Positions 40,728-51,124 are shown, counted from the stretch's first letter. The stretch is 64,000 bases of DNA from Candidatus Bilamarchaeaceae archaeon (GCA_038870635.1 JAVZJR010000003.1:1-64000); one strand, 5' to 3'. Notes: generated from the sequence alone by a model not told the origin. Program-made: numbers and translations.

Positions 40728-43274
40728 ATGTTGGTGATGTTTATGGTTGGTGGTACTATGGTACAAGAAACGTCTGAAAAAAATCCTCAAGAAAAGAGTG
40801 GAATGGACCGTATTAAAAAAGGAGTGCAAAAAATTTTACCACAAAAAAAAGGAAAGAGTATGCCTCATCATCTTGGTGCTCTGATGGAGGAAAACGATTA
40901 TATTAAAAGAGCTTTAAAAAAATTTGAGGATACATATAAAAAATTGCCGCAAACAGAAGCAAAAGAATTACTAAACAAAATTTACGAAGAATACAAAGAA
41001 GCTCTTGAAAGAAACGACAAAGAACAGATAACAATTCTCTATGACATTTTGCAAAAACTTCAAGCAAAAAGAGACGACGTAAATGTAATAAAGATGAGCC
41101 CTATTTTAAAAACAAAAGCAATGAAACAAGAATTAAATGCTGATGATGTGATAAGAATAATAAGCATCGATTTAAAAAATAACGAAAATAAATTAATGAG
41201 TTGGTTAAAAAATCTAAAGTTAGATATGGCAGAACAAGCTGCACTTTTAGTTGAACTAGAAAAAAGAGGACTAATAAAAAGAGATATTATTTTCCAAACG
41301 TTTGAGCGGTTAAGCGGAACAGTAGATGAAGAGATAATCAATAGAATAATAAATGGGCAAACAGCAGTAGATGCTATCGCAAATAGTATACCATCACACC
41401 TCAGAGAAACATATAAAAAATATCAAAGCAATACTTTATCTGAAACTATAAAAAATATAGATAACAGGATAGATGAAATAAAAGATCAAATTAAAAGAAA
41501 GCTTTATGTAGACCAAGCTTTAGATGACGAACTAAAAACTTTAAATGAATTAAAAAATGAAGTGAAAAAGTTTATTGAAGGGGGAACCGAGGCTCTTGAG
41601 ATTTTAGGGAAAAGAATAAGCACTATAGCAGAAGAAGAATTAAGAATAAGCCAAGAGCTAGCTTACCTAAACCGACCGTTTTCATTTAACCTAGGTATAT
41701 TTAAAAAACCAATTATTTTTGGTTTGTGGGCAGGCGGGCTTTATGGTATTTATGAATTAGCAGAAACACCGTGGGCTTCAGTAACAGCATTTATTTTCGG
41801 AATAGGAACGTACTCAACATACAAAAAAGCCAAAGAAGTTGAAGGCCTACGGGCTAGAATAAGAAGAACAGGACCAATAGCGATTTTATGGGCAACTCTT
41901 ACTGGAGTTTCTGGTTACTTAACTTACGAAGCTCTGCAAAAAAAAGAGAATGAATTACAAAACGAACTTATGAAAGAATACAAGCTTTCAAGAGAAGAAA
42001 TAAAAAGATTGGGTGATTTCGCAAAATCAAAAGAAGGAAAAGCAGTGATTAATTATCTAAAAGATTTAAGAGGTAAAATGGTGCGAGAAGGAGAGAGATT
42101 AGATTTCAACAAATTAGAAGAATGGCTCAAAGACGAAAAAACTATTGGTTCATTCAAAAATCTTGAATATTTCATTAAAGCCCTGCTTGAAATTGCTCCT
42201 CTTGTGAAAAATAAAAATGAAGATGAGATAAAAAGAATAATAAATCAAAAAATAGATGAATTTAAACAAAAAGGTTATCTCTACAATAAAGGAGAAAGTG
42301 TGCTTTTTGAATATGGGTTAGCGATTGGCTTATCTGAACAACAAATAGAAAAATTACTATCTTCTGCTGAAAATAAAAAAGAAATTGTTGAACTTTTAAA
42401 AGCAGTTTATGAAGGTAGATTACCGCAAAGCTATGCAATGATATATGCTGAGTTTATACTGCAAGGCAAAAAAGAAGAAGCAGAAAAACTTCTCCTTCAA
42501 CAACCAATACAAAAAAACTCAGCACTCGATCACTTGGACAGGTACACATTGGATATATTGATGGATCCTAATAAAGACATAAAAGAAAAACAAAATGCAA
42601 AAAGGAGATTAGACGAAATAATTAAGTGGTATAATACAAACGAGACGTACAGAAACAATTTAAACCAATCTCTGGGTGAAAACGTAATTTATGGTGATGA
42701 TAAATATGGATGCATAAGTGCTATTATGAGAGGTGACATAACTATAGAACAAATTGCTAATGGTGAAAAATTAGAAGTAGGATATATAATAGCGAACCCT
42801 TTATTAGCAATGATTGACAAGAGATTCATAAGCGATGCGCGAGCAGCAAATTTTGTTAACGAATATGGTTTGCTAGAATTTATTAAAGGCTATATAAAAG
42901 AGAATAAAATCGGCATTGATGCCTATGGCTTAGTAAAAGAATTAGAAAATGATAAAACCTTTAGAGCTATAGATAAAAATAAAAGAAAAGAGTGGTTAAA
43001 GGAAAATCTTGAAAAAGGATTGCTAAAGAAATATCTAAAAACTAAAAATTTGGAAAGAACATATATGGCAAACGGAATAGAAACTGCTCCCCCTACCATA
43101 ATAGAAAAAAAAGAGGGGAAAAGGGCACCTCCAAGCAAAAGAGCACCTCCAAGCAATACTCCTTCACAAGTAATACCAAGGAAAACAGAAAGGCCGCAAC
43201 AACCATCAGGGCGTAAAAAAGTAGGAAAAGAGGAAGAAGGAGGGGGAAAAAAAGAAGAGGAGATAAGTTGGTAA
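40728..43274 (+). CDS. Orphan coiled-coil membrane protein (~840 aa, 3 central TM)
   Basis: Three Gly/aromatic TM segments; disordered tail; start may be a downstream ATG. Confidence 0.8.
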   Translation: MLVMFMVGGTMVQETSEKNPQEKSGMDRIKKGVQKILPQKKGKSMPHHLGALMEENDYIKRALKKFEDTYKKLPQTEAKELLNKIYEEYKEALERNDKEQITILYDILQKLQAKRDDVNVIKMSPILKTKAMKQELNADDVIRIISIDLKNNENKLMSWLKNLKLDMAEQAALLVELEKRGLIKRDIIFQTFERLSGTVDEEIINRIINGQTAVDAIANSIPSHLRETYKKYQSNTLSETIKNIDNRIDEIKDQIKRKLYVDQALDDELKTLNELKNEVKKFIEGGTEALEILGKRISTIAEEELRISQELAYLNRPFSFNLGIFKKPIIFGLWAGGLYGIYELAETPWASVTAFIFGIGTYSTYKKAKEVEGLRARIRRTGPIAILWATLTGVSGYLTYEALQKKENELQNELMKEYKLSREEIKRLGDFAKSKEGKAVINYLKDLRGKMVREGERLDFNKLEEWLKDEKTIGSFKNLEYFIKALLEIAPLVKNKNEDEIKRIINQKIDEFKQKGYLYNKGESVLFEYGLAIGLSEQQIEKLLSSAENKKEIVELLKAVYEGRLPQSYAMIYAEFILQGKKEEAEKLLLQQPIQKNSALDHLDRYTLDILMDPNKDIKEKQNAKRRLDEIIKWYNTNETYRNNLNQSLGENVIYGDDKYGCISAIMRGDITIEQIANGEKLEVGYIIANPLLAMIDKRFISDARAANFVNEYGLLEFIKGYIKENKIGIDAYGLVKELENDKTFRAIDKNKRKEWLKENLEKGLLKKYLKTKNLERTYMANGIETAPPTIIEKKEGKRAPPSKRAPPSNTPSQVIPRKTERPQQPSGRKKVGKEEEGGGKKEEEISW
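43119..43154 (+). repeat. 18-bp in-frame tandem duplication (KRAPPS x2)
   Basis: aaaagggcacctccaagc / aaaagagcacctccaagc. Confidence 0.8.
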
Positions 43275-43295
43275 AATAATGAGGTGAGATGTTAA

Positions 43296-43886
43296 ATGGT
43301 TGTAGCAAAAGTTGCACCAAAAGAAAAAAAAGAAGAGACAGTAGACGAAATAATAGATAATTTTATAAAAATAGAAAGAGGAAAAGATGTAATTAGTTAT
43401 TTCATTGGAAAAGAGGAAAAAATAAAATCCAATAAAGAAAAATTTATAGATAAATTGTACAACCGATTAGAAAAATATATGCTTTCGGATGAAAAGAAAA
43501 GAGAAATCGTAAAAAAGAACAAAAAACAGATTATTCAAACTCTTAACAAGGATAAGTATTATACCAAATTGAAAGACTATTTTCCAACCGAAGACGATGC
43601 TTTTGATTTTTATGTAGATAATGTTAAAAATATAGATGCGCTTTACAATAAAATAAAACTTAAGATTGACACTAAAGAAAAATTAGAAAGAATAAAGGAA
43701 TTTTTAACTAATGAAGCACAAAAAGACGAACGAATAAAATCTGAATTAAGCGATTATGTCAAAATAAATTTTGAAAAGGCACGATACTCTGTTTTTGGGG
43801 CGATGCTTTATTTGCGAGCTAAAGAAAACCCAAAAAGTGAGCCGTGTGAAGAATCATTAATAAAAAAAGATGAGTTTACATTTTAG
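43296..43886 (+). CDS. Orphan helical protein
   Basis: GAGGTGA RBS; 196 aa. Confidence 0.75.
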   Translation: MVVAKVAPKEKKEETVDEIIDNFIKIERGKDVISYFIGKEEKIKSNKEKFIDKLYNRLEKYMLSDEKKREIVKKNKKQIIQTLNKDKYYTKLKDYFPTEDDAFDFYVDNVKNIDALYNKIKLKIDTKEKLERIKEFLTNEAQKDERIKSELSDYVKINFEKARYSVFGAMLYLRAKENPKSEPCEESLIKKDEFTF

Positions 43887-43947
43887 GATTGAAACCAAAA
43901 AACACCATCCAACAGGATTTTAAAATAGTTACTATAAATTATAAATT

Positions 43948-46900
43948 ATGGCTGATGGAAAAAAAACAATCAGCTTACGCTATAAAATAATTTCCAATAT
44001 ATTACTTGTTAGTTTATCAACTACAACTTTTTTCTCTCAGCCTAACTTTAAAAATCCTTTTAGGCTAAATGATGTTATGGCAGAGGGATATCGTGTCTCT
44101 AAACAACCACAGGAGATAGACATAAATAAAAAGATAGAAGAAATAACAAAGATAAACAATGAGAAAAAGAAAAACCAGAATATAGAAGAATTGATAAATT
44201 ATATTAATAAAAATAATAAAAATTTAAATAACTTTTTATCAACCTTCAAACAAACAACACTTAAAGCAATGGATGATCCTCAAGAATATCAAAAATTCCT
44301 TATCTATGTGCAAATAATAAATAAAATAGAACTACACAAAAATGAAAATTTCATTAGCATAGTAAAAGAAATAATAGAAAAAATTAAAGAGGAAAAAAAA
44401 GATATTTGGGAAGCTTATGATAAATATCTGAAGGATAAGGGTGAAAAACCAAAACTGACAACATTAATCAAAATAATAAATGATATAAAAACAGGGGAAG
44501 ATTCTTATCCGAACTATCTTAAAGAGGCCGTACTTGGGGGAAAAAAGGGAACACAGGAAATACCACCATCATTGATAATACCGACTCCAATCAAAAAGAT
44601 TGATAAAGAAGATATAGAAAGCACATTAAAATTTGCAGAAAAAAGAATAGAATATGCTAAAGAAACCATACAACAACTTAAAGAAATGGCTAACGAAATA
44701 AAAAATAATGAAGAAAAAAAGAAGGTAGACGAAATTATTGCAAAATGGGAAGAAAAAATAGAAAATTATGAGAAGATCATAAAAGAGAGTAAAGAAGCTT
44801 TCTATAAAACTTCTTATGAAAAAGAAGATGCGACGAAAATAAAAAACATAACAAAGATTGCAACAGAAATTGAAGAATTTATTAAAAATGAATTAGTTCA
44901 TTCGAGCGACATAAGAATAACAAAACAATTTGCTTATCACCTTATAGGAGCAATGACCACCGGTACAGAAGGGGACTACACAGAAGTACAAAAACTTAAA
45001 GCTATTCTTGAAAACACGAAAACGATAGCACCAAAAAAATATGAATTTTGTATAATGCTTATTAAATCATTCGTGCAAGAGGTCTCACCGGATGTCTACA
45101 AAGCATTAGAAAGCATTAATTCTGAGAGAGCACTCAATATAGCGATAGCAGCAGTATTAACTGCAAATGATAGAGAATTACAAAAAATAAAAGAACAATA
45201 TGGCAATGATTTTGTATCTTATGTTTTAGGAAATAGAGAAAAAATAAATGAAAAAGAAATAAGAGAAGAAGCGAAAAAAAGGATAAACATTGACTTTGAA
45301 ACTCCAATTACACAATCGCTTGCTTTGCTCGACGCAGTGAGAATTCTTAGAAATCGACTTACTTATATTCTAACATCAACTGATTCATTAGAGAGTATGC
45401 AAAAAAACATCTCAAATTGGATGGAGAATTATAAAAAAATAGCAGGCAATGATCTTGCCTTACTCAACTTATTTTATGATATCGATAAAATAGCCGAAAC
45501 TGCGGGACTAAAAAAACCAACCAACACAGAGGAAGCAAAAAAACTATTTTTAGAGATTTTTAATTACCTCAATCAGAACCAACAACAAACAAATATAGCT
45601 TCTGCTGATGCGATAACAAAATTTTATCTTTTAAAAGTAAGAGAGCTAGCAACCAAATACAATCTAGACGCAAAAGCAGTAGAAGCGATGGATATATCGA
45701 TAATCGCCTTGGAAAAAATAGATCGTAAATTAATACCTGCTTTTTATGAGGATGTAGTTGTAGTATTAGCAAAAACACTAGAAGGTAGATCTGCTGAGTT
45801 CTCAGAATCATTACTAACTTTTAGCGGTCTTCTTCAAGCTCGCTATCCCACTGAAAGAGCAAATCTGTCATTTTTAGTTTTGGATGTAGAAGAAAAATTC
45901 AAAAAGGTATTTATATGGTTTAAAGAGAATATACCACAAGCAACAGCGAAAATGACTCATTATGAACTTATGGAAGAAACAAGAGAAAGAAGTGAACTAA
46001 CAGAATACGAAGTTTACCCCCCCTATAACTTATATGGATTAAAAGAATCAATATGGCAAAGACCATCTGCGGTCTATTTTCAGGATGTATTTTATAGATA
46101 TGGAATTGATTATCTTCCAAATCCTCAAATTCCTTACCCTGCTACAATGCCTTATGGCCCATTGACAATAAACACAGATGCAGAAGGACTTCACCTAAAA
46201 TTAGACAACCAACTTAATCCATTCATTCCTACATTTGGAAGACCAACCTTAAGCGGAGATTTTAGGATTACTGCAGTTTCAAGAGCAGTCATGCTTGCAA
46301 CAATAAGAAAAGCATTCGGTCAAATATCTATGTATTCTCCATATGAATTAATAGCGGCATATGGTGAAAGCGCAGGGTATTATAGATGGGAAGAAAAAAA
46401 AGGAGGAAAAATAACTGAAACGATGGGGGCAGGCGGCCTCAGAGGTAAATATGAAGAAAGGCATCCTGCTGGTGGTTTAGCTGCACAAATAGTAGGTGAA
46501 AAAAGCACAACAACAAGAGAAGAAGGTGGTGGCACTGAGGAAATCAAAACAACAATTGGAAAAACAGATTTGTATGGAACATTAACTGGCGGCGGTGTTG
46601 GATCCATAGTCACCGTGGCGGATAATTTAAGATTCACAGAAGAAGAAAGACCGAATAGCAAAAATGCTGCTATGAAAGCTACCATCAATCAATTAAGCGC
46701 ATTATCACAAGAAAATGGACAAAGTTTGCTTGTTTATTTCCCTGATATTGAGACAGAGGAAAAAATAGTAAAAGATGAAAAAGGCGTGGAAAAAACAGAA
46801 AGTAAAAAAATAATGGGTGGGAAGGTCTACTATATTAATCCTCATGGTGATGTTTATCAGTTAGCACTTGGCCATAATGAGTTTGATGCTTTTAAGCAGT

Positions 46901-49173
46901 TCCTTTATGGAAGCATGGAAAAAGAAAACGTGCTCGCTAGCATGCGAAAATATGGCCAATGGGGTAAAACCGATATTGAAAATTTAGGTGGAGCGATTGG
47001 TTTTACTATTGGACCTATCGCTACGTTTGCCATGGAAGATGCAATTAGAAGGATAGGCGCGACAACCACAACAAAATATGACGAAACTGTAGGGAGAAAT
47101 GTAAGTGTTGTTGATTTCACAAAACTTGAAGCAGTTGGGTATAGCGGTGTTCCGCTTGCAATGGCATTTAATACATTAGAAAATGGGACTTTTGCTTTTA
47201 TAACCAGATTCTCAACGCCTGTAGAAACAGTGACTAAAGAAAGTACATCAAAAACAGGACCAGCATATGAAAAAGGCATCTATAACTTAGAAATGATAAT
47301 AAGGAATATACAGCCACAAAGAGAATATGAAGTAAGAGTAATGGGAGGCTGGCCTGGAGATTTTGGTGTGCTTTATAAAATAGGTAAAAAGGAGGGAGAG
47401 AAGGAAACGCGATGGCTTGCTAAAGCATCTACATCTACTTATATTCTTTATTCTGATCTTTTCACCTATGAAAGAGAAGCACAAACAGTTGCAGAGTATG
47501 TTAGAACAACAATGGGCGAATTGTATAATTGGAGCGAAGATAGAAAAACAATGGAAGGACATTTTATTGGTTTTACATTGATGAATGCTGCAATTTCAGA
47601 TACTATGGAGAAATATACAAAGCTTTCTGACATGGGATGGGATAATACTTATTTCACAGTCGTGGGATCATATTATGCTAAAAAGTTTGGTATGTTCGGT
47701 GGTTTAGAAAGAACACCAGGATATGGTAATCAAATAAATCAATTAACACTGCTAATAGAACAACGAAGACAAGAGATGTTGCAATATCCTGAGAGGGCTG
47801 AAGAAATAGCAAAATCATTGGATGAAGAGATAAAGAGGATGAGGAATACCAAGTTTTGGAAACCAGTTGTTGGTATGCAATGGGACCCAGAAACATTCCA
47901 AGTCAGACTTATAGGAAAAGCAGAAATAGCAGAGTACAAGGAGAAAGGTATCGACCTTGGCTATTCATTATTTGGCGGAAACTTTTTTGTTGGACATAAG
48001 AAAGGAATGCAACCTTACTTTGAATTATCAGCTAATACTCTGAGGTATAACCAAAATGCCTATCTTGATTTATTATTTGCTTTGGGAGCTGCAAAAGTAA
48101 ACTGGAAACCTTCAAGCACATTTACATTTTATACAAGTGAGAAAGATAATTTAGAAGGCATTATGAAGTGGTTGAAAAACAACAAAAAAGAATATTTAAC
48201 TGCGTTGTTCACAAAATACTATAAACTCGATCAAAATCTCGAAAAAATAGAAAATTATAAAGTAGAGATGGCCAAACATCTCAAAGAAGAAGGAGGGGCA
48301 AAAGTATATTATATTCTTTTTGACCAAGCTAGAGAGATAATTTTTATAGGAAATGAAAAAGATAGAGAGAGTTGGATTGATAAATTCCTTGAAGAAGGTA
48401 AAGATTTCTTTGTGCTCCATGCAGAAAAAGAAAAAGATGGGACGAAAATAACAATAGAAACAGCAAATGTCAACGAAAGCAAAATTATGCCAAGAATGAA
48501 GTTAATAGGCAGCGTCCCGCTTAAAATGTATGAAAAAGAAACAGAAAGGGTTGGAGGAGTGGGAGCACTTTTGGCCGATGTATTCACTAACTACAAACAA
48601 CAATGGCTTATGGCGTTAGTGGCAGGAAAAAGAATATTTGAAAATGAAGATTGGTCACAGTATAGTTTTGTTGTTTCAACAAAATGGAACAATGTTAATC
48701 TTGCCAACATTCAAGATAAAATGTATGGCTACGTTGTGATAAATCACATAACAAAAGAAATCAGTGTTATTACACCTGAAGAAATGAAAGAAGAGATAAA
48801 GAGGACAACTGGTGCGACAGGAATAACTTGGGCGCGGTTTGATGGTATTCTAGGTGAAACAGCAAAGCTAAACTTTTATCTTGAGGCAGGTGTTGAAGAA
48901 TATACAACATCTATCCAAAAAATAGGTGAAGCATCAAAATATTATAATGAGAAACTGATAGGTAGGTTAGGATTAAGTTATGATTGGAAACAACAACTAT
49001 ACGGATACCCAGCATGGCTAACAATAGGAATAGTCGGATACGTTGGTTATTGGCCTCTTTTAGGCGTACCTACAAATATAACTGATATAAGAACGCTAAT
49101 GCAACAACCATTCTATGGCGCTCCTAATTATGATACAAGAGGAGTTATGTTCTATATTGGTGGAAGTTTCTAA
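43948..49173 (+). CDS. 1741-aa exported orphan: helical N-terminal half, putative C-terminal beta-barrel
   Basis: Signal-like segment ending VMA|E; Gly/Tyr-rich amphipathic strands after ~aa 800; ends RGVMFYIGGSF. Confidence 0.8.
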   Translation: MADGKKTISLRYKIISNILLVSLSTTTFFSQPNFKNPFRLNDVMAEGYRVSKQPQEIDINKKIEEITKINNEKKKNQNIEELINYINKNNKNLNNFLSTFKQTTLKAMDDPQEYQKFLIYVQIINKIELHKNENFISIVKEIIEKIKEEKKDIWEAYDKYLKDKGEKPKLTTLIKIINDIKTGEDSYPNYLKEAVLGGKKGTQEIPPSLIIPTPIKKIDKEDIESTLKFAEKRIEYAKETIQQLKEMANEIKNNEEKKKVDEIIAKWEEKIENYEKIIKESKEAFYKTSYEKEDATKIKNITKIATEIEEFIKNELVHSSDIRITKQFAYHLIGAMTTGTEGDYTEVQKLKAILENTKTIAPKKYEFCIMLIKSFVQEVSPDVYKALESINSERALNIAIAAVLTANDRELQKIKEQYGNDFVSYVLGNREKINEKEIREEAKKRINIDFETPITQSLALLDAVRILRNRLTYILTSTDSLESMQKNISNWMENYKKIAGNDLALLNLFYDIDKIAETAGLKKPTNTEEAKKLFLEIFNYLNQNQQQTNIASADAITKFYLLKVRELATKYNLDAKAVEAMDISIIALEKIDRKLIPAFYEDVVVVLAKTLEGRSAEFSESLLTFSGLLQARYPTERANLSFLVLDVEEKFKKVFIWFKENIPQATAKMTHYELMEETRERSELTEYEVYPPYNLYGLKESIWQRPSAVYFQDVFYRYGIDYLPNPQIPYPATMPYGPLTINTDAEGLHLKLDNQLNPFIPTFGRPTLSGDFRITAVSRAVMLATIRKAFGQISMYSPYELIAAYGESAGYYRWEEKKGGKITETMGAGGLRGKYEERHPAGGLAAQIVGEKSTTTREEGGGTEEIKTTIGKTDLYGTLTGGGVGSIVTVADNLRFTEEERPNSKNAAMKATINQLSALSQENGQSLLVYFPDIETEEKIVKDEKGVEKTESKKIMGGKVYYINPHGDVYQLALGHNEFDAFKQFLYGSMEKENVLASMRKYGQWGKTDIENLGGAIGFTIGPIATFAMEDAIRRIGATTTTKYDETVGRNVSVVDFTKLEAVGYSGVPLAMAFNTLENGTFAFITRFSTPVETVTKESTSKTGPAYEKGIYNLEMIIRNIQPQREYEVRVMGGWPGDFGVLYKIGKKEGEKETRWLAKASTSTYILYSDLFTYEREAQTVAEYVRTTMGELYNWSEDRKTMEGHFIGFTLMNAAISDTMEKYTKLSDMGWDNTYFTVVGSYYAKKFGMFGGLERTPGYGNQINQLTLLIEQRRQEMLQYPERAEEIAKSLDEEIKRMRNTKFWKPVVGMQWDPETFQVRLIGKAEIAEYKEKGIDLGYSLFGGNFFVGHKKGMQPYFELSANTLRYNQNAYLDLLFALGAAKVNWKPSSTFTFYTSEKDNLEGIMKWLKNNKKEYLTALFTKYYKLDQNLEKIENYKVEMAKHLKEEGGAKVYYILFDQAREIIFIGNEKDRESWIDKFLEEGKDFFVLHAEKEKDGTKITIETANVNESKIMPRMKLIGSVPLKMYEKETERVGGVGALLADVFTNYKQQWLMALVAGKRIFENEDWSQYSFVVSTKWNNVNLANIQDKMYGYVVINHITKEISVITPEEMKEEIKRTTGATGITWARFDGILGETAKLNFYLEAGVEEYTTSIQKIGEASKYYNEKLIGRLGLSYDWKQQLYGYPAWLTIGIVGYVGYWPLLGVPTNITDIRTLMQQPFYGAPNYDTRGVMFYIGGSF

Positions 49174-49230
49174 TTATGGAGCAAAGTTTTCAGATAAATT
49201 AGTAGTATAGTTAAAAACCAGTTTTAAAAC

Positions 49231-49459
49231 GAGCGTAAGCCTTTGCCATCGATAGCTATGCTATCGAGCTGTAAACGTATAGACGTTTACACAAGGAGAT
49301 GATAGAAGTCAAAGGCTTCGTAAGAAGCAAAGAAAATAGGAGAAAACATAAAACGGCTGCGGTGGCCGATGAAAACATAAGTCCACCGCACATAGAAAAC
49401 ATTAGAAATACAGAGAAAACAGTAAGAAGCAATGAAAACAGTAAGAATAACTAAAAACG
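49231..49459. repeat. Structured dispersed non-coding element, copy 2
   Basis: 64-nt core identical to copy 1; same stems with two extra hairpins in the first loop; abuts tRNA-Arg 3' end. Confidence 0.9.
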
Positions 49460-49557
49460 GGCCTGGCAGGATTTGAACCCACAACCGCCTGGTCACTCCT
49501 ACAATCAGGAGAGTGCATCCGAAGCCAGGCGCTCTATCCAAGTTGAGCTACAGGCCC
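49458..49557 (-). tRNA. tRNA-Arg(TCG) with 25-nt intron (49494-49518)
   Basis: Acceptor GGGCCTG/CAGGCCC; anticodon stem CCTGG/CCAGG; bulge-helix-bulge (CUUC/GGAG helix, GG|A and UG|A bulges). Confidence 0.95.
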
Positions 49558-49591
49558 TTTTTATTAAATTAGAGTAATTTGTTTAAATTGA

Positions 49592-50173
49592 TTATCTTTT
49601 TTCAATAAAATTCATTACAAGAGGTATAAGGTAAAATGTTGCGGCAAAACCAGCAAACGCACCAGTTAAAAATCGGATAGTATTCGTACTTTCATAGTGG
49701 CCTACTAAATTTAATACACCAAGAAGTTGAAGCCCACCATCTATAGCCAATGGTATTAGTGCTAAAATAAAATAAATAGGCGGAAGAACCTCATCGCTGT
49801 CCCATTTTCTTAAAAGCGGATAGATAAATGCGGCAATCAGCATCATTCCATATATACCAGTATCACGAGAACAAAAAGCGATTTTGTATCCAATTTTACC
49901 TTCGTATTCTGTTTTTATTATCTTATTATCATTAGGTATGAATTTACCTAGCTGGGGTGTGCAATCTCCTATATTAAGTGGGTTGTCATCAAATACACAA
50001 AATGAACGAGAAATTTTTTGATGGCAAGTGGGCGCATATATTTCATATATCATATTTGCAATTTTTTCATCTTTAAATGCCACGAAAGGGGCTAAAAAAG
50101 CCCCACCAACAAATCCTATTAATAAAATAACATATGAGATGTAAAATAATTTTTTTATAGTTTTTTTATCCAT
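49592..50173 (-). CDS. DUF2085 membrane protein
   Basis: CHQ..RSF, CSRDTGIY, PLAIDGG.Q, STNTIRFLTG. Confidence 0.85.
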   Translation of the reverse strand: MDKKTIKKLFYISYVILLIGFVGGAFLAPFVAFKDEKIANMIYEIYAPTCHQKISRSFCVFDDNPLNIGDCTPQLGKFIPNDNKIIKTEYEGKIGYKIAFCSRDTGIYGMMLIAAFIYPLLRKWDSDEVLPPIYFILALIPLAIDGGLQLLGVLNLVGHYESTNTIRFLTGAFAGFAATFYLIPLVMNFIEKR

Positions 50174-51124
50174 CTACAACACCACTATTCTTTTTCCATC
50201 ATGGTATACTGTGTTTTCGTATCTCAATCCATACTCTTTAGTGTAAACACCAGGCTCTATCGTAAATGTTGTTTGTATTATGTCGTCATTATATTTCTTA
50301 CCAAATCGTGGATACTCGTGCACCTCTAGTCCTATACCATGCCCAATTGAGTGGAGCGGAGCCGGAAATCCTGCTTTTTTGTTAAGCATTTGGTAATACT
50401 CACTTATTTCTTTGCTGCTTTTCATTTTTCCACATTTCTCTACTATTGTTTCTGATATTTTTTTTAGAGTTTCATATTTTTCTTTCAGCTTTTTCCCTTT
50501 TTCTGTATCAAAAAAATAACAACGAGTGACATCTGCGCAGTACTTTTTATATTTCACTCCATAATCAATAAGTACATAATCTTCTATTTTTTTTCTTGTG
50601 CAGAGTGCATGAGGAGTGGATGCATTTTTACCTGTTGCCACAATCGGTAAAAAAGCAGGTTCTAAACCGTTTTTATAAGTCTCTAAAATTATCTCTTCCG
50701 CTATCTCTTTTTCGCTTTTGTTCTCACATCGCGAGAATTTTTCTATTATATCTAAAGTAAATCGCACAGCTTTTTTTATCTTTGAAATTTCTTTTTTTGT
50801 TTTTTTTGCCCTTCTTTTGTAAAGTTCATCAGTTGCATCTTCTGCAAAATCCTTACCGCAAATTTTTTTGTATATTCTTAATGGGATCGAAGAATCTACT
50901 CTAAATTTTTTTCCTAATCTTTTTTTTGTTTCTTCAAAGATATCCTCAGCTATTACAAAATCACCATTAAATCCGTTTTTTAGACCTCTGTTAAGCACGT
51001 TTGTTATTATCGTTTTCTTTTGCCCATCCAAAATCAAAAAAGCATGAGTGATGCCTAATTTAGAATAATAATAAAAATTTGGATTTAATGTATCGCCATT
51101 GTATATTAATATTTTAGACTTCAT
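50174..51124 (-). CDS. M24 Xaa-Pro peptidase
   Basis: PH, LIDYG, ADVTR, HSIGHGIGLEVHE, TIEPGVY, GLRYEN. Confidence 0.9.
   Translation of the reverse strand: MKSKILIYNGDTLNPNFYYYSKLGITHAFLILDGQKKTIITNVLNRGLKNGFNGDFVIAEDIFEETKKRLGKKFRVDSSIPLRIYKKICGKDFAEDATDELYKRRAKKTKKEISKIKKAVRFTLDIIEKFSRCENKSEKEIAEEIILETYKNGLEPAFLPIVATGKNASTPHALCTRKKIEDYVLIDYGVKYKKYCADVTRCYFFDTEKGKKLKEKYETLKKISETIVEKCGKMKSSKEISEYYQMLNKKAGFPAPLHSIGHGIGLEVHEYPRFGKKYNDDIIQTTFTIEPGVYTKEYGLRYENTVYHDGKRIVVL

Noticed and set aside
39004..49173. Provirus or integrative element between thermosome and tRNA-Arg
   Set aside because: No integrase, capsid, terminase or replication gene, and I saw no duplicated tRNA 3' end (att site)
49287..49541. 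84-aa minus-strand ORF
   Set aside because: Starts inside tRNA-Arg and runs through the non-coding repeat
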